Virus record (IMG/VR): IMGVR_UViG_638341086_000016
Source: a virus
Taxonomy: Duplodnaviria; Heunggongvirae; Uroviricota; Caudoviricetes
Strand: one strand, 5' to 3'
DNA length: 44,207 nucleotides
Shown here: positions 17,847 to 26,924 of the stretch, in pieces
Position numbering within the stretch: the stretch's first letter is position 1
Layout of the letters: every line of letters begins with the position of its first letter
The notes under the pieces: generated by a model
The model's input: the letters and a program-made list of their open reading frames with translations, nothing else
What the model was told of the DNA's origin: nothing
Database searches by the model: none
Translations under genes and position numbers: made by a program

Positions 17847-18328
17847 GTATCCTCCGGATAATAAAAAGCCAGCTTAGTGCACTGAGTGCGGATATATTCC
17901 TGCGCCCCTTCCAGCTGCTTCTGCATTGTCATCAACCGTTCTCTGAGGATGAAATAATCCCGTTCAGCGGTGTCTGCCAGTCGGGGGCCGGTTGCATTAT
18001 CCACGCCGGAGGTGCCGGTGGCTTCACGCACGGTACCGGAGCAGGTGGCGTTGATCCGCAGGCGCTTACGACCAGCGGCAACATCAGCACGCAGAGTTTC
18101 ATTTTCAGCTCTCGCATCGGCTAATTCCCTCGAGTATTTTGCATCGAGCGCAGCAACATCGCGCTGGCGCACCTGCATATCAGTAATGGTTGCGTTTGCC
18201 AGCTCCAGCTCTCTGGCTTTTTTATCGCGCTGCGCTTTGTAGGTGATGACGTTATCGCGGTAATGATTCAGCCCCAGACTAAGCGCACCACAGACCACCA
18301 GCAGAATAACGGTAAACGCGGAAAGCAT
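17843..18328 (-). CDS. Rz: i-spanin Rz
   Basis: Internal start MLSAFTVILLVVCGALSLGLNHYRDNVITYKAQRDK... of track ORF 17843..18436; strongly lambda Rz-like including C-terminal ...RLADTAERDYFILRERLMTMQKQLEG. Confidence 0.85.
   Translation of the reverse strand: MLSAFTVILLVVCGALSLGLNHYRDNVITYKAQRDKKARELELANATITDMQVRQRDVAALDAKYSRELADARAENETLRADVAAGRKRLRINATCSGTVREATGTSGVDNATGPRLADTAERDYFILRERLMTMQKQLEGAQEYIRTQCTKLAFYYPEDT
17932..18117 (-). CDS. Rz1: o-spanin Rz1 (embedded in Rz, +1 frame)
   Basis: 61 aa MRELKMKLCVLMLPLVVSACGSTPPAPVPCVKPPAPPAWIMQPAPDWQTPLNGIISSSENG; lipobox VSAC, proline-rich, near-identical in pattern to lambda Rz1. Confidence 0.85.
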   Translation of the reverse strand: MRELKMKLCVLMLPLVVSACGSTPPAPVPCVKPPAPPAWIMQPAPDWQTPLNGIISSSENG

Positions 18329-18565
18329 TCGGTTTATGCTCACCCCACCAGCCCTGCCGAAGTCAACGCCATCCAGGTTATGGAAAGAAAAAGAACAACC
18401 AGCATTAGTGAAAATGAAATACCGACGATTACACAAAGGCCCTTCGCCAGCATTATGAGTTTGTCTGACATCTTTACCCCTTAATAGCAGTAATTAACCG
18501 GGCAACCACCCATAAAAACGGAATCAGCCAGACCAGCAAAAATTTCCAGTCCGTTTTTATCATCT

Positions 18566-19261
18566 TCATGCTGCGGTAGCTCTCCATGCAGCAAGCAGAC
18601 CAGCAATCCACTGAACACCTTTTGGGGTGAATTTAACCTGCGTAAAAGCATGACCATTGCCCGCCTCGCCCGTTTTCACGCTAAACCGCCCCGCATCCAG
18701 GTGATGCGAGTAAGGCGTCATTTTTCCAGCGAGGCGATACATTATTCCGTTCTCCAACAAAAACAGCCGGAAATCGGTTTCTTTGATACCGAGTAACTTA
18801 GCAACTTCCCGGAATCCCATCAGACCAGATACTTCAACATAGTTATCAACAAATTCAGCCTTCGGCGCTGCTATTGCCAGTTGATTTTCCAGCACTGCTT
18901 TCTGTTCAGCCAGTTTTGCCGCAAATCGCAACGCCTCAGGTAAAGTCCGGGGGATCTGAATACCATGCATCGCTTTGAGTCTTGCCAGCACAGAACGACG
19001 AACGGCCTTTGACTCCCTCATGCCAACGAGCATCATCTGGTCAAAATCCAGATCATAGTATGCCGTTCTTGTCTGGTTATTGTTTAACCGGAATTTTTTT
19101 CCGGTTCCATCAAGCTCTAGCTCATCCTCAATTTTTGCAAGAAACTTACGCGGTTCATGAGGGACTTCTCCGGCTTCTGCCCGGGCTGGATTAATAATGT
19201 TATTCAGAAAATCCAGACTACTCATGGATATTTCATGATCGACAGAAATCATCTCTTTCAT
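18566..19261 (-). CDS. antirepressor-like protein with C-terminal KilAC-type domain, located inside the lysis cassette
   Basis: 231 aa; C-terminal region ...PEALRFAAKLAEQKAVLENQLAIAAPKAEFVD... is paralogous to the C-terminus of the Rha/Roi-like protein at 26128..26856. Confidence 0.65.
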   Translation of the reverse strand: MKEMISVDHEISMSSLDFLNNIINPARAEAGEVPHEPRKFLAKIEDELELDGTGKKFRLNNNQTRTAYYDLDFDQMMLVGMRESKAVRRSVLARLKAMHGIQIPRTLPEALRFAAKLAEQKAVLENQLAIAAPKAEFVDNYVEVSGLMGFREVAKLLGIKETDFRLFLLENGIMYRLAGKMTPYSHHLDAGRFSVKTGEAGNGHAFTQVKFTPKGVQWIAGLLAAWRATAA

Positions 19262-19534
19262 GGTTGATTCCTTTTAGTGATGAACCCTGCGCACAGGAAT
19301 AACCAGCCCAAAGAGGGTTAACCAGACCACTGCCGGTTATCCACCAGGGCTCATCCTGAAAGGTTCTTTGGTTTATTTACGCTTGTGCGAAGCGCAGAAA
19401 TGACAAAGGCACCATTACGGTGCCTCTGCGTGAAATAATCTGCCTAACTTTATTCACTTACATTTTGCCAGTTCGCAGGATTTCGTGTTATCCGCCCGCG
19501 CTGGCCAACGTCATTTTTCAGCAAAATATTCTGC

Positions 19535-20068
19535 TTATCTGTCGATTCCCCAGCACGCCAGAGCGCTCTCCTGGTCACGACGGGATACCTGACCATAACA
19601 GTTATTTGAGCGAATACGGCAGTCTCTGCCACCGTCCTTAATCCACCAGCGAATCGCTTCGCAGGCACCTTTTCGATCTCCTGCATTAATTCGTTTATAA
19701 AACGTCGACGGGAAACACTTACCTGGGCCAATGTTGTAAGGACAGAATGACGCAATACCCGCTTTCTGGGGTTCAGTCAGTGGCACTCTGATGTTTTTCG
19801 CCACCCATGCCAGCGCCTTATCACGTTCAATGGCGTTAACCTGGTCGCATTTTTCCTTCGACAACTTCATGCCCGGAACGACAGGTTTACCATCCACCAG
19901 GATGGCACCGCGGCAGATGGTCCAGATACCCGCGCCATCACGGTATGCCGTGGTGTGGTTACCTTCCTTTTCATCCAGAAACTGGTCGAGGATTTCAGGC
20001 GCAGGCGCACCTGCGGCAATCAGCGCCAGAACGGCAGCCGACAGGCCGTATTTGATTTTGGTGTTCAT
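19535..20068 (-). CDS. R: SAR endolysin (T4-lysozyme-type, glycoside hydrolase 24)
   Basis: 177 aa; N-terminal signal-anchor-release helix YGLSAAVLALIAAGAPAP followed by catalytic E...D...T spacing (EKEGNHTTAYRDGAGIWT); resembles phage 21 R. Confidence 0.9.
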   Translation of the reverse strand: MNTKIKYGLSAAVLALIAAGAPAPEILDQFLDEKEGNHTTAYRDGAGIWTICRGAILVDGKPVVPGMKLSKEKCDQVNAIERDKALAWVAKNIRVPLTEPQKAGIASFCPYNIGPGKCFPSTFYKRINAGDRKGACEAIRWWIKDGGRDCRIRSNNCYGQVSRRDQESALACWGIDR

Positions 20069-20118
20069 GGATATTTATCAGGGTTTATCGATTTCAAATC
20101 CCTGGATATGTTAAGTCT

Positions 20119-20463
20119 TCAGGCCAGCGGTGGAGTCTTCAGAGAACCAGTAATTATTCCCGGTAGTTTTCCTCTGTAGATTATCAACACATCCTGCGCC
20201 TCTAAAATGATGGGCCGCTTTTCCGGCAACGGACCATCCCCTTCACATAACCCGGCAGCAACATCCATGAAAAACTGCTTCGCCTGCTTTTTCGCCTCCG
20301 CTTCGTAAAACTCCAGCGTGGCACCTTCAGTACGGTCAAGACTAATCGCCACATCTGGCAACAACAGTGACGGATACCCACCAATTTCCAGTGCCACAGT
20401 AACAGTAATCTTATCCGGGTAATTATTTATCCCTTTAACAACCAGTTCGTATTTTTTCTTCAT
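20119..20463 (-). CDS. hypothetical protein inserted between holin and endolysin
   Basis: 114-aa ORF with no TM segment, tightly packed between S and R; no family recognised. Confidence 0.5.
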   Translation of the reverse strand: MKKKYELVVKGINNYPDKITVTVALEIGGYPSLLLPDVAISLDRTEGATLEFYEAEAKKQAKQFFMDVAAGLCEGDGPLPEKRPIILEAQDVLIIYRGKLPGIITGSLKTPPLA

Positions 20464-20467
20464 CGCT

Positions 20468-20674
20468 TTACTCTCCCCGCGCCGCCTTACGCTTATCTTC
20501 TTTAATCTTGAAATAAAGGTTTGTCAGATACGTCAGCAGGCCAAACAGCAGACTCCCCAGCACACCTATCGCCACCCACTGGGACGGAGAGACTTTGTCC
20601 AGCAGCTGCAGTAACCAGTATCCCGTCCCCACCGCTGACGTGGTGTATGACACACCCGTTGTGATTTTTTCCAT
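20468..20674 (-). CDS. S: holin (phage-21 S-type pinholin)
   Basis: 68 aa, two hydrophobic helices and basic tail ...[42 protein letters not shown], close to S21. Confidence 0.9.
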   Translation of the reverse strand: MEKITTGVSYTTSAVGTGYWLLQLLDKVSPSQWVAIGVLGSLLFGLLTYLTNLYFKIKEDKRKAARGE

Positions 20675-20968
20675 CTGATGTATGTCTCCGTCACCGCCGA
20701 CAGAAAATGAAAGTAAAGGAAAACAAAAAGCCGCCAGTGTCGCCCACTGACGGCCAACGCCGGGAGCCGTGATTATGGCATTCAGGCTCTGCTAAAAATG
20801 CCAGATAACATTCCGGCTCCCCCCCCTGATTCAGGTTATAAATGACACAATATCTTGACAACATCCGTCACTATCTGTCAGAAAATGTACTGCCAGATAT
20901 AAGTATCATGTGAAGTACATCTACCCGTTTTAGCCAGCGTCCTTCAGAGTGGGCGCTGGCTTTTTTTA

Positions 20969-22819
20969 TTATGCTGCGGGTGCATTTATCTCCAGCACCA
21001 GACTTTCTATCTCAACGCCATACGCTGCATTTTTTGTAACATCCGTCAGCGTCAGCGCATTCAGCCCCAGTGTCAGACTGTCTTTTATGACCTGGAATGC
21101 CGGGCCAGCCACTCCATTCAGTTTCGGAGTAACCGTGGCACTGCCGGCGGTGAACACCAGCTCCAGCGTCTGCCAGTCGTTACCGTAATCGCCGAACTCC
21201 CCCAGCTTCGTGTTTCCGNCTTTCCTGTGATGCATCAGATTCACTCTGCCGTCAGTGGTCTGAGTNAAGTACGACATCAGGAACGGATTACCGGTACCNG
21301 TCATCGCCACACCATCAGGAACGGGAGCNTCCGTATACAGATAAATCCCCAGCCCGAACTGATNGTTGGTCAGTGCGCCTGACAGGCGGAACTTACAGGT
21401 CAGTCTGCCGCCCTGTGTCAGCAGGGTAATTGTGTCATCCACCGGATGCGTCAGGGACCAGGNTTTATTGCTCTGCTTGGNGATCTTAAATACACCATCT
21501 GACAACTGAATTCCGCCATCCTTAATGCTCCAGCCCTGCGCAGCAGCCTCTCCGGCTGTCGGCAGCAGGGAGATTGTACGGACGGATGTATCTTCAGACG
21601 GCCCTGATGGTGTGTCATCGCCGGGAGAGGGTTTGATCTCCGGGGCTTTACCGCTGATGAAGGCGCTGGTTCGACCAACTGCGTTCAGAATAGCAGTTGC
21701 CAGACGATCAGGAATAATGCCCCTGCGCGCCCATGAACTGAAATGTGTCGGACGATTTGACGATACCCAATTACCATTACTACGGGATTGCGCGCCGTAA
21801 TAACCTGCATCAGCAATATCCGGGTCTTCTGCCGGTAAGTTGGTGGGCGTGTTGTTGCCGTTACCGTCTGTCATGAAGGGCACAAAATAAACGCCCTCAC
21901 TCTCCCTGTTTTTATACCCGCCGTACACGGTGTCGTACTGGGTAGCGTATGTATTTTTCCAGTAATACGTCGTGTCACCACAAATCCACGGCACATCTGC
22001 AGCACTGCCACCATGGCACTGCGCGTTAAACACGGAGAGGTCAGCACGAAACTGTGTCAGCATGGCTGTAAACAGCGCAGGTTGCTGTGCGTGGGTGGCG
22101 GCGCTCATGTCAAACTCACCCTGCATCCAGCAGACGGCCAGCAGAACGTTTTTGGGATTTTTCTGCAATGCCGCTTTTGTGCGGGAAATCAGATCCTGAT
22201 ATAACGGCTTGCCCACCCCCCAGCGTGCCGAATCCTGACTGGCCCCCGTGGACTCGCTGAATGTCCCCTCCGCGCCCTGGGTAAATGCCGAACCACCACG
22301 ACAGCATGGTACCAGCAGGATCCCCGCGTTATTCGGGATATACGGGAGCAGTTTTTTGGCAATATGTAAACCCTGGCCGACACAGCCGTACTGCCCTTTG
22401 CTCAGGTCAGCCCTCGGATGATTCAGCGTACTCATATCCTGCACATCATGCAGACAGTGGTCAGCCGGAATAATATCGTTATATCTGCAGGCAGCCCCGC
22501 CCGGCGTCACTGTACTGCGGCGCGCCAGCTGTTTAATGCGCGGATCCGGAGCATCGTATGAATCCGGCAGCGGAAGCCCTTCACCGTAAGCCATGGCATT
22601 GGACTGCCCGGCCAGTACGATGACGTAGTACCAATCCGGCTCAGATGAAGGGCCGACCTGTGGCTCTCCTTCAATAGCCACCGCCTGCATCAGTGTGTAC
22701 GGCGTAATGGCAACCGGTCCGCCGTATGGCTGCCAGCCCTCTTTCAGTTTGTGTGTCAGCTTTTCCGCAAGGTCTGACGGCGACGCCGCCCTGACAACAT
22801 CATAATGTTTAATCGACAT
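20969..22819 (-). CDS. nanS-p: prophage sialate O-acetylesterase NanS-p (DUF1737 N-domain plus SASA/SGNH esterase domain)
   Basis: 616 aa; N-terminus MSIKHYDVV...; esterase motif VLAGQSNAMAYGEG; position between holin and the stx-equivalent slot; several X residues from ambiguous bases. Confidence 0.8.
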   Translation of the reverse strand: MSIKHYDVVRAASPSDLAEKLTHKLKEGWQPYGGPVAITPYTLMQAVAIEGEPQVGPSSEPDWYYVIVLAGQSNAMAYGEGLPLPDSYDAPDPRIKQLARRSTVTPGGAACRYNDIIPADHCLHDVQDMSTLNHPRADLSKGQYGCVGQGLHIAKKLLPYIPNNAGILLVPCCRGGSAFTQGAEGTFSESTGASQDSARWGVGKPLYQDLISRTKAALQKNPKNVLLAVCWMQGEFDMSAATHAQQPALFTAMLTQFRADLSVFNAQCHGGSAADVPWICGDTTYYWKNTYATQYDTVYGGYKNRESEGVYFVPFMTDGNGNNTPTNLPAEDPDIADAGYYGAQSRSNGNWVSSNRPTHFSSWARRGIIPDRLATAILNAVGRTSAFISGKAPEIKPSPGDDTPSGPSEDTSVRTISLLPTAGEAAAQGWSIKDGGIQLSDGVFKIXKQSNKXWSLTHPVDDTITLLTQGGRLTCKFRLSGALTNXQFGLGIYLYTXAPVPDGVAMXGTGNPFLMSYXTQTTDGRVNLMHHRKXGNTKLGEFGDYGNDWQTLELVFTAGSATVTPKLNGVAGPAFQVIKDSLTLGLNALTLTDVTKNAAYGVEIESLVLEINAPAA

Positions 22820-22899
22820 CGAATTTCTCCCGTGTACAGGAACAGAGTTAAAAAGCCGGAATCAAATCGCAGGATGAACATCTGCCAGTGGCTGGTCGT

Positions 22900-22926
22900 A
22901 AAAAAAAGGCCGCGCCATGCGCAGCC
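22900..22926 (-). terminator. strong intrinsic terminator upstream of nanS-p
   Basis: 8-bp stem GGCUGCGC-AUG-GCGCGGCC (one G-U pair) followed by U8-9 on the - strand. Confidence 0.6.
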
Positions 22927-23141
22927 GGAAATAAAGGGATAACGATGATAGTTTGAGAAAAACAGAAATAACACTTTTGTGGCAAAGCATGGTGCCGGGT
23001 GCCTCCCGGTGAATTCAGCCGGTGTCACTGAACCCGCGTCGGCTTGCCTATAACATAATAAATGCTACCCACACCAGTCGCCCCTCCGCACAGGGGGATT
23101 CACCATGCAGAAGTGTTTTTAATAAACAGCAAACAAAAAAA

Positions 23142-23312
23142 TCAAGCATTATGCAGGCTGTTTCTTTTTATCACCGGCCACAGCAATACCACAATGCCGC
23201 AGACCAGCACCCCATCCGCCAGCACCGACATGATTCTGCTGGTGAAATCCACCATCACCACCAGAAACAGCAGGAGTGCAGCCACAGCCAGGCGCAGTTT
23301 TACCGTCACAGG
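23142..23312 (-). CDS. small hydrophobic two-helix membrane protein (about 56 aa), translationally coupled to the TerB-like gene
   Basis: Hand-translated: GTG overlapping the TerB-like stop (GTGA) then VTVKLRLAVAALLLFLVVMVDFTSRIMSVLADGVLVCGIVVLLWPVIKRNSLHNA; below the 60-aa track cutoff. Confidence 0.4.
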   Translation of the reverse strand, partial: PVTVKLRLAVAALLLFLVVMVDFTSRIMSVLADGVLVCGIVVLLWPVIKRNSLHNA

Positions 23313-23767
23313 TGATTCTCCAGACGAAGACCCAGAACACCGGCAATCTCTTCCAGCACCTTACACTCTTCCGGCTCAATTTCGCCTTCGGCCTCCGCAA
23401 TGGCCACCGCCACATCCAGCACATCTTCCGCTTCACGCGTATCGTGTTTCACATCCTCGATCTCACGTAACGCCGCACGACGACCAATTTTAAAGTTCGT
23501 ATCCAGCTGACCGATAATGGTTGCGCTCATCGCATTAATTTCTGACGTAAACGCGGACAGCGCTGGCTGATTACGCAGTACCTGTTCGATCTTCGCTTTC
23601 TCGGAAGCCTCACATTCACCATCTGCACAGGCCACCAGGTATGCGGCGTTAATCACCGCCTGTGCCAGATCGCGTTTTTCAAACTTTTTAATTTCCGTTG
23701 CCGCTCTGCGGGCTTTTTTTACCAAAAATACCAAACATCGTGACGTTCCTTTGGGTGGGTGAGCCAA
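23306..23767 (-). CDS. TerB-like (tellurite-resistance TerB family) protein; 5' end apparently frameshifted in an A7 run
   Basis: 153-aa track ORF with TerB-type LVACADGECEASEKAKIEQ block; the only RBS-preceded ATG (about 23738, AAAGGAAcgtcacg-ATG) is in another frame and stops after 16 codons at the A7 run (about 23713..23719). Confidence 0.6.
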   Translation of the reverse strand: MAHPPKGTSRCLVFLVKKARRAATEIKKFEKRDLAQAVINAAYLVACADGECEASEKAKIEQVLRNQPALSAFTSEINAMSATIIGQLDTNFKIGRRAALREIEDVKHDTREAEDVLDVAVAIAEAEGEIEPEECKVLEEIAGVLGLRLENHL

Positions 23768-23909
23768 CGCCCGGGAGCGATCTGCCCACAGAGAAAGTCA
23801 CACTGACCACTCCGTAAGCTCCCCCCCGAAAGGCTCTGTGGTTGGTATGCGCCGGGCGTGGCGCGGATACAAAAAAGGTCCGCAAAAGCGAGCGAGGGAA
23901 AATAAGTGT

Positions 23910-23986
23910 GGTGCGTTGTACTGGGTTCGAACCAGTGACCGATTGCTTAGAAGGCTGGCGTTCTATCCCGATGAGCTAATGGCGGT
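23910..23986 (-). tRNA. tRNA-like sequence, Arg(UCU)-type anticodon loop, probably degenerate
   Basis: Reverse complement contains D-arm TAGCTCA...ATAGAAC, loop CTTCTAA and T-arm ACTGGTTCGAACCCAGT, but acceptor and anticodon stems do not pair in my reading. Confidence 0.4.
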
Positions 23987-24062
23987 TGGTGGCCCTTGCT
24001 GGATTTGAACCAGCGACCTGGCGATTATGAGTCGCTCGCTCTCACCACTGAGCTAAAGGGCC
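23987..24062 (-). tRNA. tRNA with anticodon CAU (Ile2/Met type, ileZ-like as in Stx-phage tRNA clusters)
   Basis: Reverse complement GGCCCTTTAGCTCAGTGGTGAGAGCGAGCGACTCATAATCGCCAGGTCGCTGGTTCAAATCCAGCAAGGGCCACCA folds as a cloverleaf (acceptor GGCCCTT/AAGGGCC, D-stem GCTC/GAGC, T-arm GCTGG-TTCAAAT-CCAGC), encoded CCA. Confidence 0.8.
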
Positions 24063-24071
24063 GAGCGCAGG

Positions 24072-24100
24072 ATGATAACGTTACGAAATCAATGTTGCAA
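24072..24100 (-). promoter_or_regulatory. candidate sigma-70 promoter directly upstream of the tRNA genes
   Basis: On - strand TTGCAA - 17 nt - TATCAT, with the -10 ending about 9 nt before the tRNA 5' end. Confidence 0.45.
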
Positions 24101-24282
24101 GAGTTCACAAATTCACTGATTCAAAATTATTCTTGTAAAAAATCTTTTAACGTCAGGCACAAAGAGCCTGTACATAGATTTGTGTAATTGCCTGATTTTG
24201 ATATGTTCAATCCAGCATCAAATGAAGGTTAATTTATGGACGAAAAACAGTTACAGGCTCTAATGACCTTTATACGATTGAC

Positions 24283-24375
24283 CCAAATAAAAAAAGCCAC
24301 CGTTGCAACTTAAGAGTCACTAACGGCAGCTTATGCGAATAGTGTTGCTCATTTGCTCAACGATGTCAACACGTT
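24283..24375 (-). promoter_or_regulatory. candidate late promoter region downstream of Q (-35 TTGACA at 24364..24369) with a U7-tailed weak hairpin (about 24290..24325)
   Basis: Perfect -35 hexamer just after the Q stop but no convincing -10; the hairpin CCGTT...AACGG followed by TTTTTTT could be a tR-prime-like terminator. Confidence 0.3.
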
Positions 24376-24864
24376 CTATGCTACATGTTTAATTTTCTCT
24401 ACACGTTTCCGGTTTTTAAACGCACTATCCAGAATCGGATAAATCATAAACAACGAGGCATTGAGGATTTCGTCAACTTCCCGTCGACAGGTTGCTAGCG
24501 ATGGTTTTTGAATGCGCCCGCCGCCCCGGCATAACATCTTGCGAGGTCTTGCGACGCTATGATAGTAAGATGCAATGGCGTGCTTGGAAGAGCCGTGGGC
24601 GTAGTAGCTGAGGAGGATGCCAAAGGCTTTCTTGTCAATGTACATGACGGAATCGACGACCTGAGAAATCAACATTCCATCATCATCATTACACATTGGC
24701 CTTGTCATAACTCTTCCCGGCTCCACGCTCTCCATGAATTTAGCTATTACGCTGCTCATGCGCTTTTCCAGACGACCTGAATAAACCCATGCGCCCCACA
24801 GTTCAAGCCAGCCATTCAGCCACTCATGCTGTTCTTTGGTGAGGTTTAGTTCTCTTATGCCCAC
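24376..24864 (-). CDS. Q: late antiterminator Q (phage-21/82-type)
   Basis: 162 aa; [11 protein letters not shown] block and Cys/His-rich middle typical of the antitermination-Q family; located between nin genes and the tRNA/lysis region. Confidence 0.8.
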   Translation of the reverse strand: MGIRELNLTKEQHEWLNGWLELWGAWVYSGRLEKRMSSVIAKFMESVEPGRVMTRPMCNDDDGMLISQVVDSVMYIDKKAFGILLSYYAHGSSKHAIASYYHSVARPRKMLCRGGGRIQKPSLATCRREVDEILNASLFMIYPILDSAFKNRKRVEKIKHVA

Positions 24865-25526
24865 GCGCCTTCTCCCTGTACCTGAATCAATGTGAGATTT
24901 CCGCAGAACACTGCGCCGGTATCGATATACATCTGGTTGGCAAATTTGAGTGGTTTCACTGCTTGCGTATGACCAAAGATGAACGTGTCCGCGCCTTTGA
25001 TTTCTTTCACGATCCCGTCTTGTGAGTTGCTGATTCGTTCGCGGTTCCAGATTACCTGCTGATGATCAACTGGCTTTCCAAACTCGTATTTATCACAAGG
25101 ATAATCGGCGTGGCAGATGACATATTTTTTTCCTTTACTCACCAGTTCGATGATTAACGGAAGTTCATCTGCTTTATGGGCAAGAGCTTTAGCCAGAATT
25201 TCTTTGTCGTAATCGAGATTAAAGAACCAGCCACCGCCATTAAGCAGCCAGTGATTGACGTTTCCACGCTCTGATAAGCCATCAATCATCATTTGCTCAT
25301 GGTTTCCACGTACAGCTCTGAACCAGGGGAATGTGATTAATTCCAGGCATTCTACGTTCTCTGTACCGCGATCAACCAAATCGCCCACCGAGATAAGCAG
25401 GTCTTTTTTGGTGTCGAATCCTATCGTCTCCAGTTTTTTCATCAGGTTCGTGTAGCATCCGTGCAGATCGCCAACTACCCAAATATTTCGGTATTTGCTG
25501 CCATCAATTCTTTCGTAGATATTCAT
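24855..25526 (-). CDS. ninI: serine/threonine protein phosphatase (lambda NinI-like)
   Basis: 223 aa; metallophosphatase motifs GDLHG, GDLVDRG, GNHE; near-identical pattern to lambda ORF221. Confidence 0.9.
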   Translation of the reverse strand: MNIYERIDGSKYRNIWVVGDLHGCYTNLMKKLETIGFDTKKDLLISVGDLVDRGTENVECLELITFPWFRAVRGNHEQMMIDGLSERGNVNHWLLNGGGWFFNLDYDKEILAKALAHKADELPLIIELVSKGKKYVICHADYPCDKYEFGKPVDHQQVIWNRERISNSQDGIVKEIKGADTFIFGHTQAVKPLKFANQMYIDTGAVFCGNLTLIQVQGEGAWA

Positions 25527-26128
25527 GCAACCTCACTTCTGCTGTTTCGCAGTTTTTTAAGTTTCTGTTGATACTCCGCCTTGATGGCCCTGCACTCTTC
25601 GACAGTCCAGCGATAGCGGTTATGGTTTGATTCGATTTCCTCTACTGCTTCCTGCCCGATGCGGCTAATCAGTTCGACGCGATACGGAACGAGATTTCCG
25701 CTTTTGTGCTGGTTGCACACCACGCATTGCTTGTGAATATTGCGTTCATCAAATCGGAGTTGAGGTGCCGCAGCAGTTGTCCGGTAATGTCCGGCATCCC
25801 ACTGAGCAGACGTGAGCGTTCCGCACGAGATACATGGTAAGTCGCGGTCTCTTTCTCTGATGAAGGCGTTTACGGCTTGTTGGGCTTGTTTAATCCAGTA
25901 ACTGCGGGGCTTTAAGGCGAGTTTTCGAATCTTAATTTTATCTTTCTGTTTCTGCTCCTCTCGTCGTCGTTTCTTCTCTGCTGTTTTTTCCGCCTTTTCG
26001 CGTTCTTTATTTCGTCGTTCGAGCGCTAATTTAGTTCCGTGTTCCGGGCTGCACCACCACTGATTTGAGAATGCCGGGTGAAACCATTCCTTACAGATTT
26101 TGCATTTCCTTCGCGCTGGTTTAGCCAT
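25523..26128 (-). CDS. ninG: recombination protein NinG (Rap-like)
   Basis: 201 aa; N-terminal Cys cluster [11 protein letters not shown]...WWCSPEHG, Lys/Arg/Glu-rich linker and second Cys cluster CISCG...CVVCNQHK. Confidence 0.85.
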   Translation of the reverse strand: MAKPARRKCKICKEWFHPAFSNQWWCSPEHGTKLALERRNKEREKAEKTAEKKRRREEQKQKDKIKIRKLALKPRSYWIKQAQQAVNAFIRERDRDLPCISCGTLTSAQWDAGHYRTTAAAPQLRFDERNIHKQCVVCNQHKSGNLVPYRVELISRIGQEAVEEIESNHNRYRWTVEECRAIKAEYQQKLKKLRNSRSEVA

Positions 26129-26856
26129 TAAGCAGCCTCCCCTGTTACTTTAAGCATTCCGTTATCTAGCAGCTTTCTTGTCAGCCACTGTTGACCACGC
26201 CCGGTGATTTTTGTGGTGAACGATATCTGTATTCCGTGATTTGTGTTGACCGCTGTTTCTTTCACTGTGAAATAGCCACGATCCATATATTCCTGCATTG
26301 GCACATTGCGCCGGGAGCCTGAAGCAATAAGGATTTTGTGATCGCGCATCCACGCAAACAGTTTGTTTGGACCAATACCAACAACCTTTGCAAAGTTTCC
26401 AATCAAAATTCCGCTGGACTCGCCAACGCGATCGGCAAACTCAACTTTAGGTGCTGCGAGAGCAAGCTGTTTCTCCAGTTCAGCCTTCTGGTCTTCAAGG
26501 TCGGCCGCAAGGCGCAATGCCTCAGAAAAGGTTTGTGGTATTTTCGCGGTTGCCCCTTCGAGTTCTCGCCAGCGGTCAACAAGGCGAGCGGTGAATTCCG
26601 GCGACAACTGGGCAACGACAATAATGCTGTCGCGCTTACCTTGTTCGCCCTCAAAAACGTAAGCCTCTACGCCACGAAGTAATCCTAAGTTATTGATTTT
26701 TTCGAAAACCACCATTGGGGGATTTCGGATCACACCTCGAACCGCCAGTCGTTCAATGGATTGTTTCACCTTGTCATGACGACTTCCCACCAACTCAGCG
26801 ATTTCAATGCTTGTCATTTTGATGGCATTGCTATTTATCAGCTCATTCATTGTCAT
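26128..26856 (-). CDS. Rha-family regulatory protein with C-terminal KilAC antirepressor domain (Roi-like)
   Basis: 242 aa; N-terminus ...[24 protein letters not shown]... typical of Rha; C-terminus paralogous to 18566..19261. Confidence 0.75.
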   Translation of the reverse strand: MTMNELINSNAIKMTSIEIAELVGSRHDKVKQSIERLAVRGVIRNPPMVVFEKINNLGLLRGVEAYVFEGEQGKRDSIIVVAQLSPEFTARLVDRWRELEGATAKIPQTFSEALRLAADLEDQKAELEKQLALAAPKVEFADRVGESSGILIGNFAKVVGIGPNKLFAWMRDHKILIASGSRRNVPMQEYMDRGYFTVKETAVNTNHGIQISFTTKITGRGQQWLTRKLLDNGMLKVTGEAA

Positions 26857-26880
26857 GTCCTCTCATATTGAAAATTCAGC

Positions 26881-26906
26881 AATAAAAAACCCAGCCGAAG
26901 CTGGGT
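26881..26906 (-). terminator. intrinsic terminator CCCAGC-TTCG-GCTGGG plus U-run
   Basis: 6-bp stem, tetraloop, TTTTTTATTGC tail on - strand; lies between 26925..27602 and the Roi-like gene. Confidence 0.55.
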
Positions 26907-26924
26907 TTGTTAAGTTGTCAATTG

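Noticed and set aside
23062-23493. Overlapping + strand ORFs (97 and 143 aa) across the TerB-like region
   Set aside because: Antisense to the TerB-like gene and its coupled small ORF, low-complexity His/Gln/Pro-rich translations, no start context.
23688-23885. 65-aa - strand ORF upstream of the TerB-like gene
   Set aside because: Only its last 16 codons (from the RBS-preceded ATG) look genuine; the upstream part lacks coding features and the ORF is better explained as the true TerB start displaced by the A7-run frame break.
22820-23900. Looked for Shiga-toxin genes (stxA/stxB) in the canonical slot between the Q-proximal tRNAs and nanS-p
   Set aside because: Only the TerB-like ORF and a small hydrophobic ORF are present; no 319-aa A-subunit or 89-aa B-subunit-like ORF and too little space.
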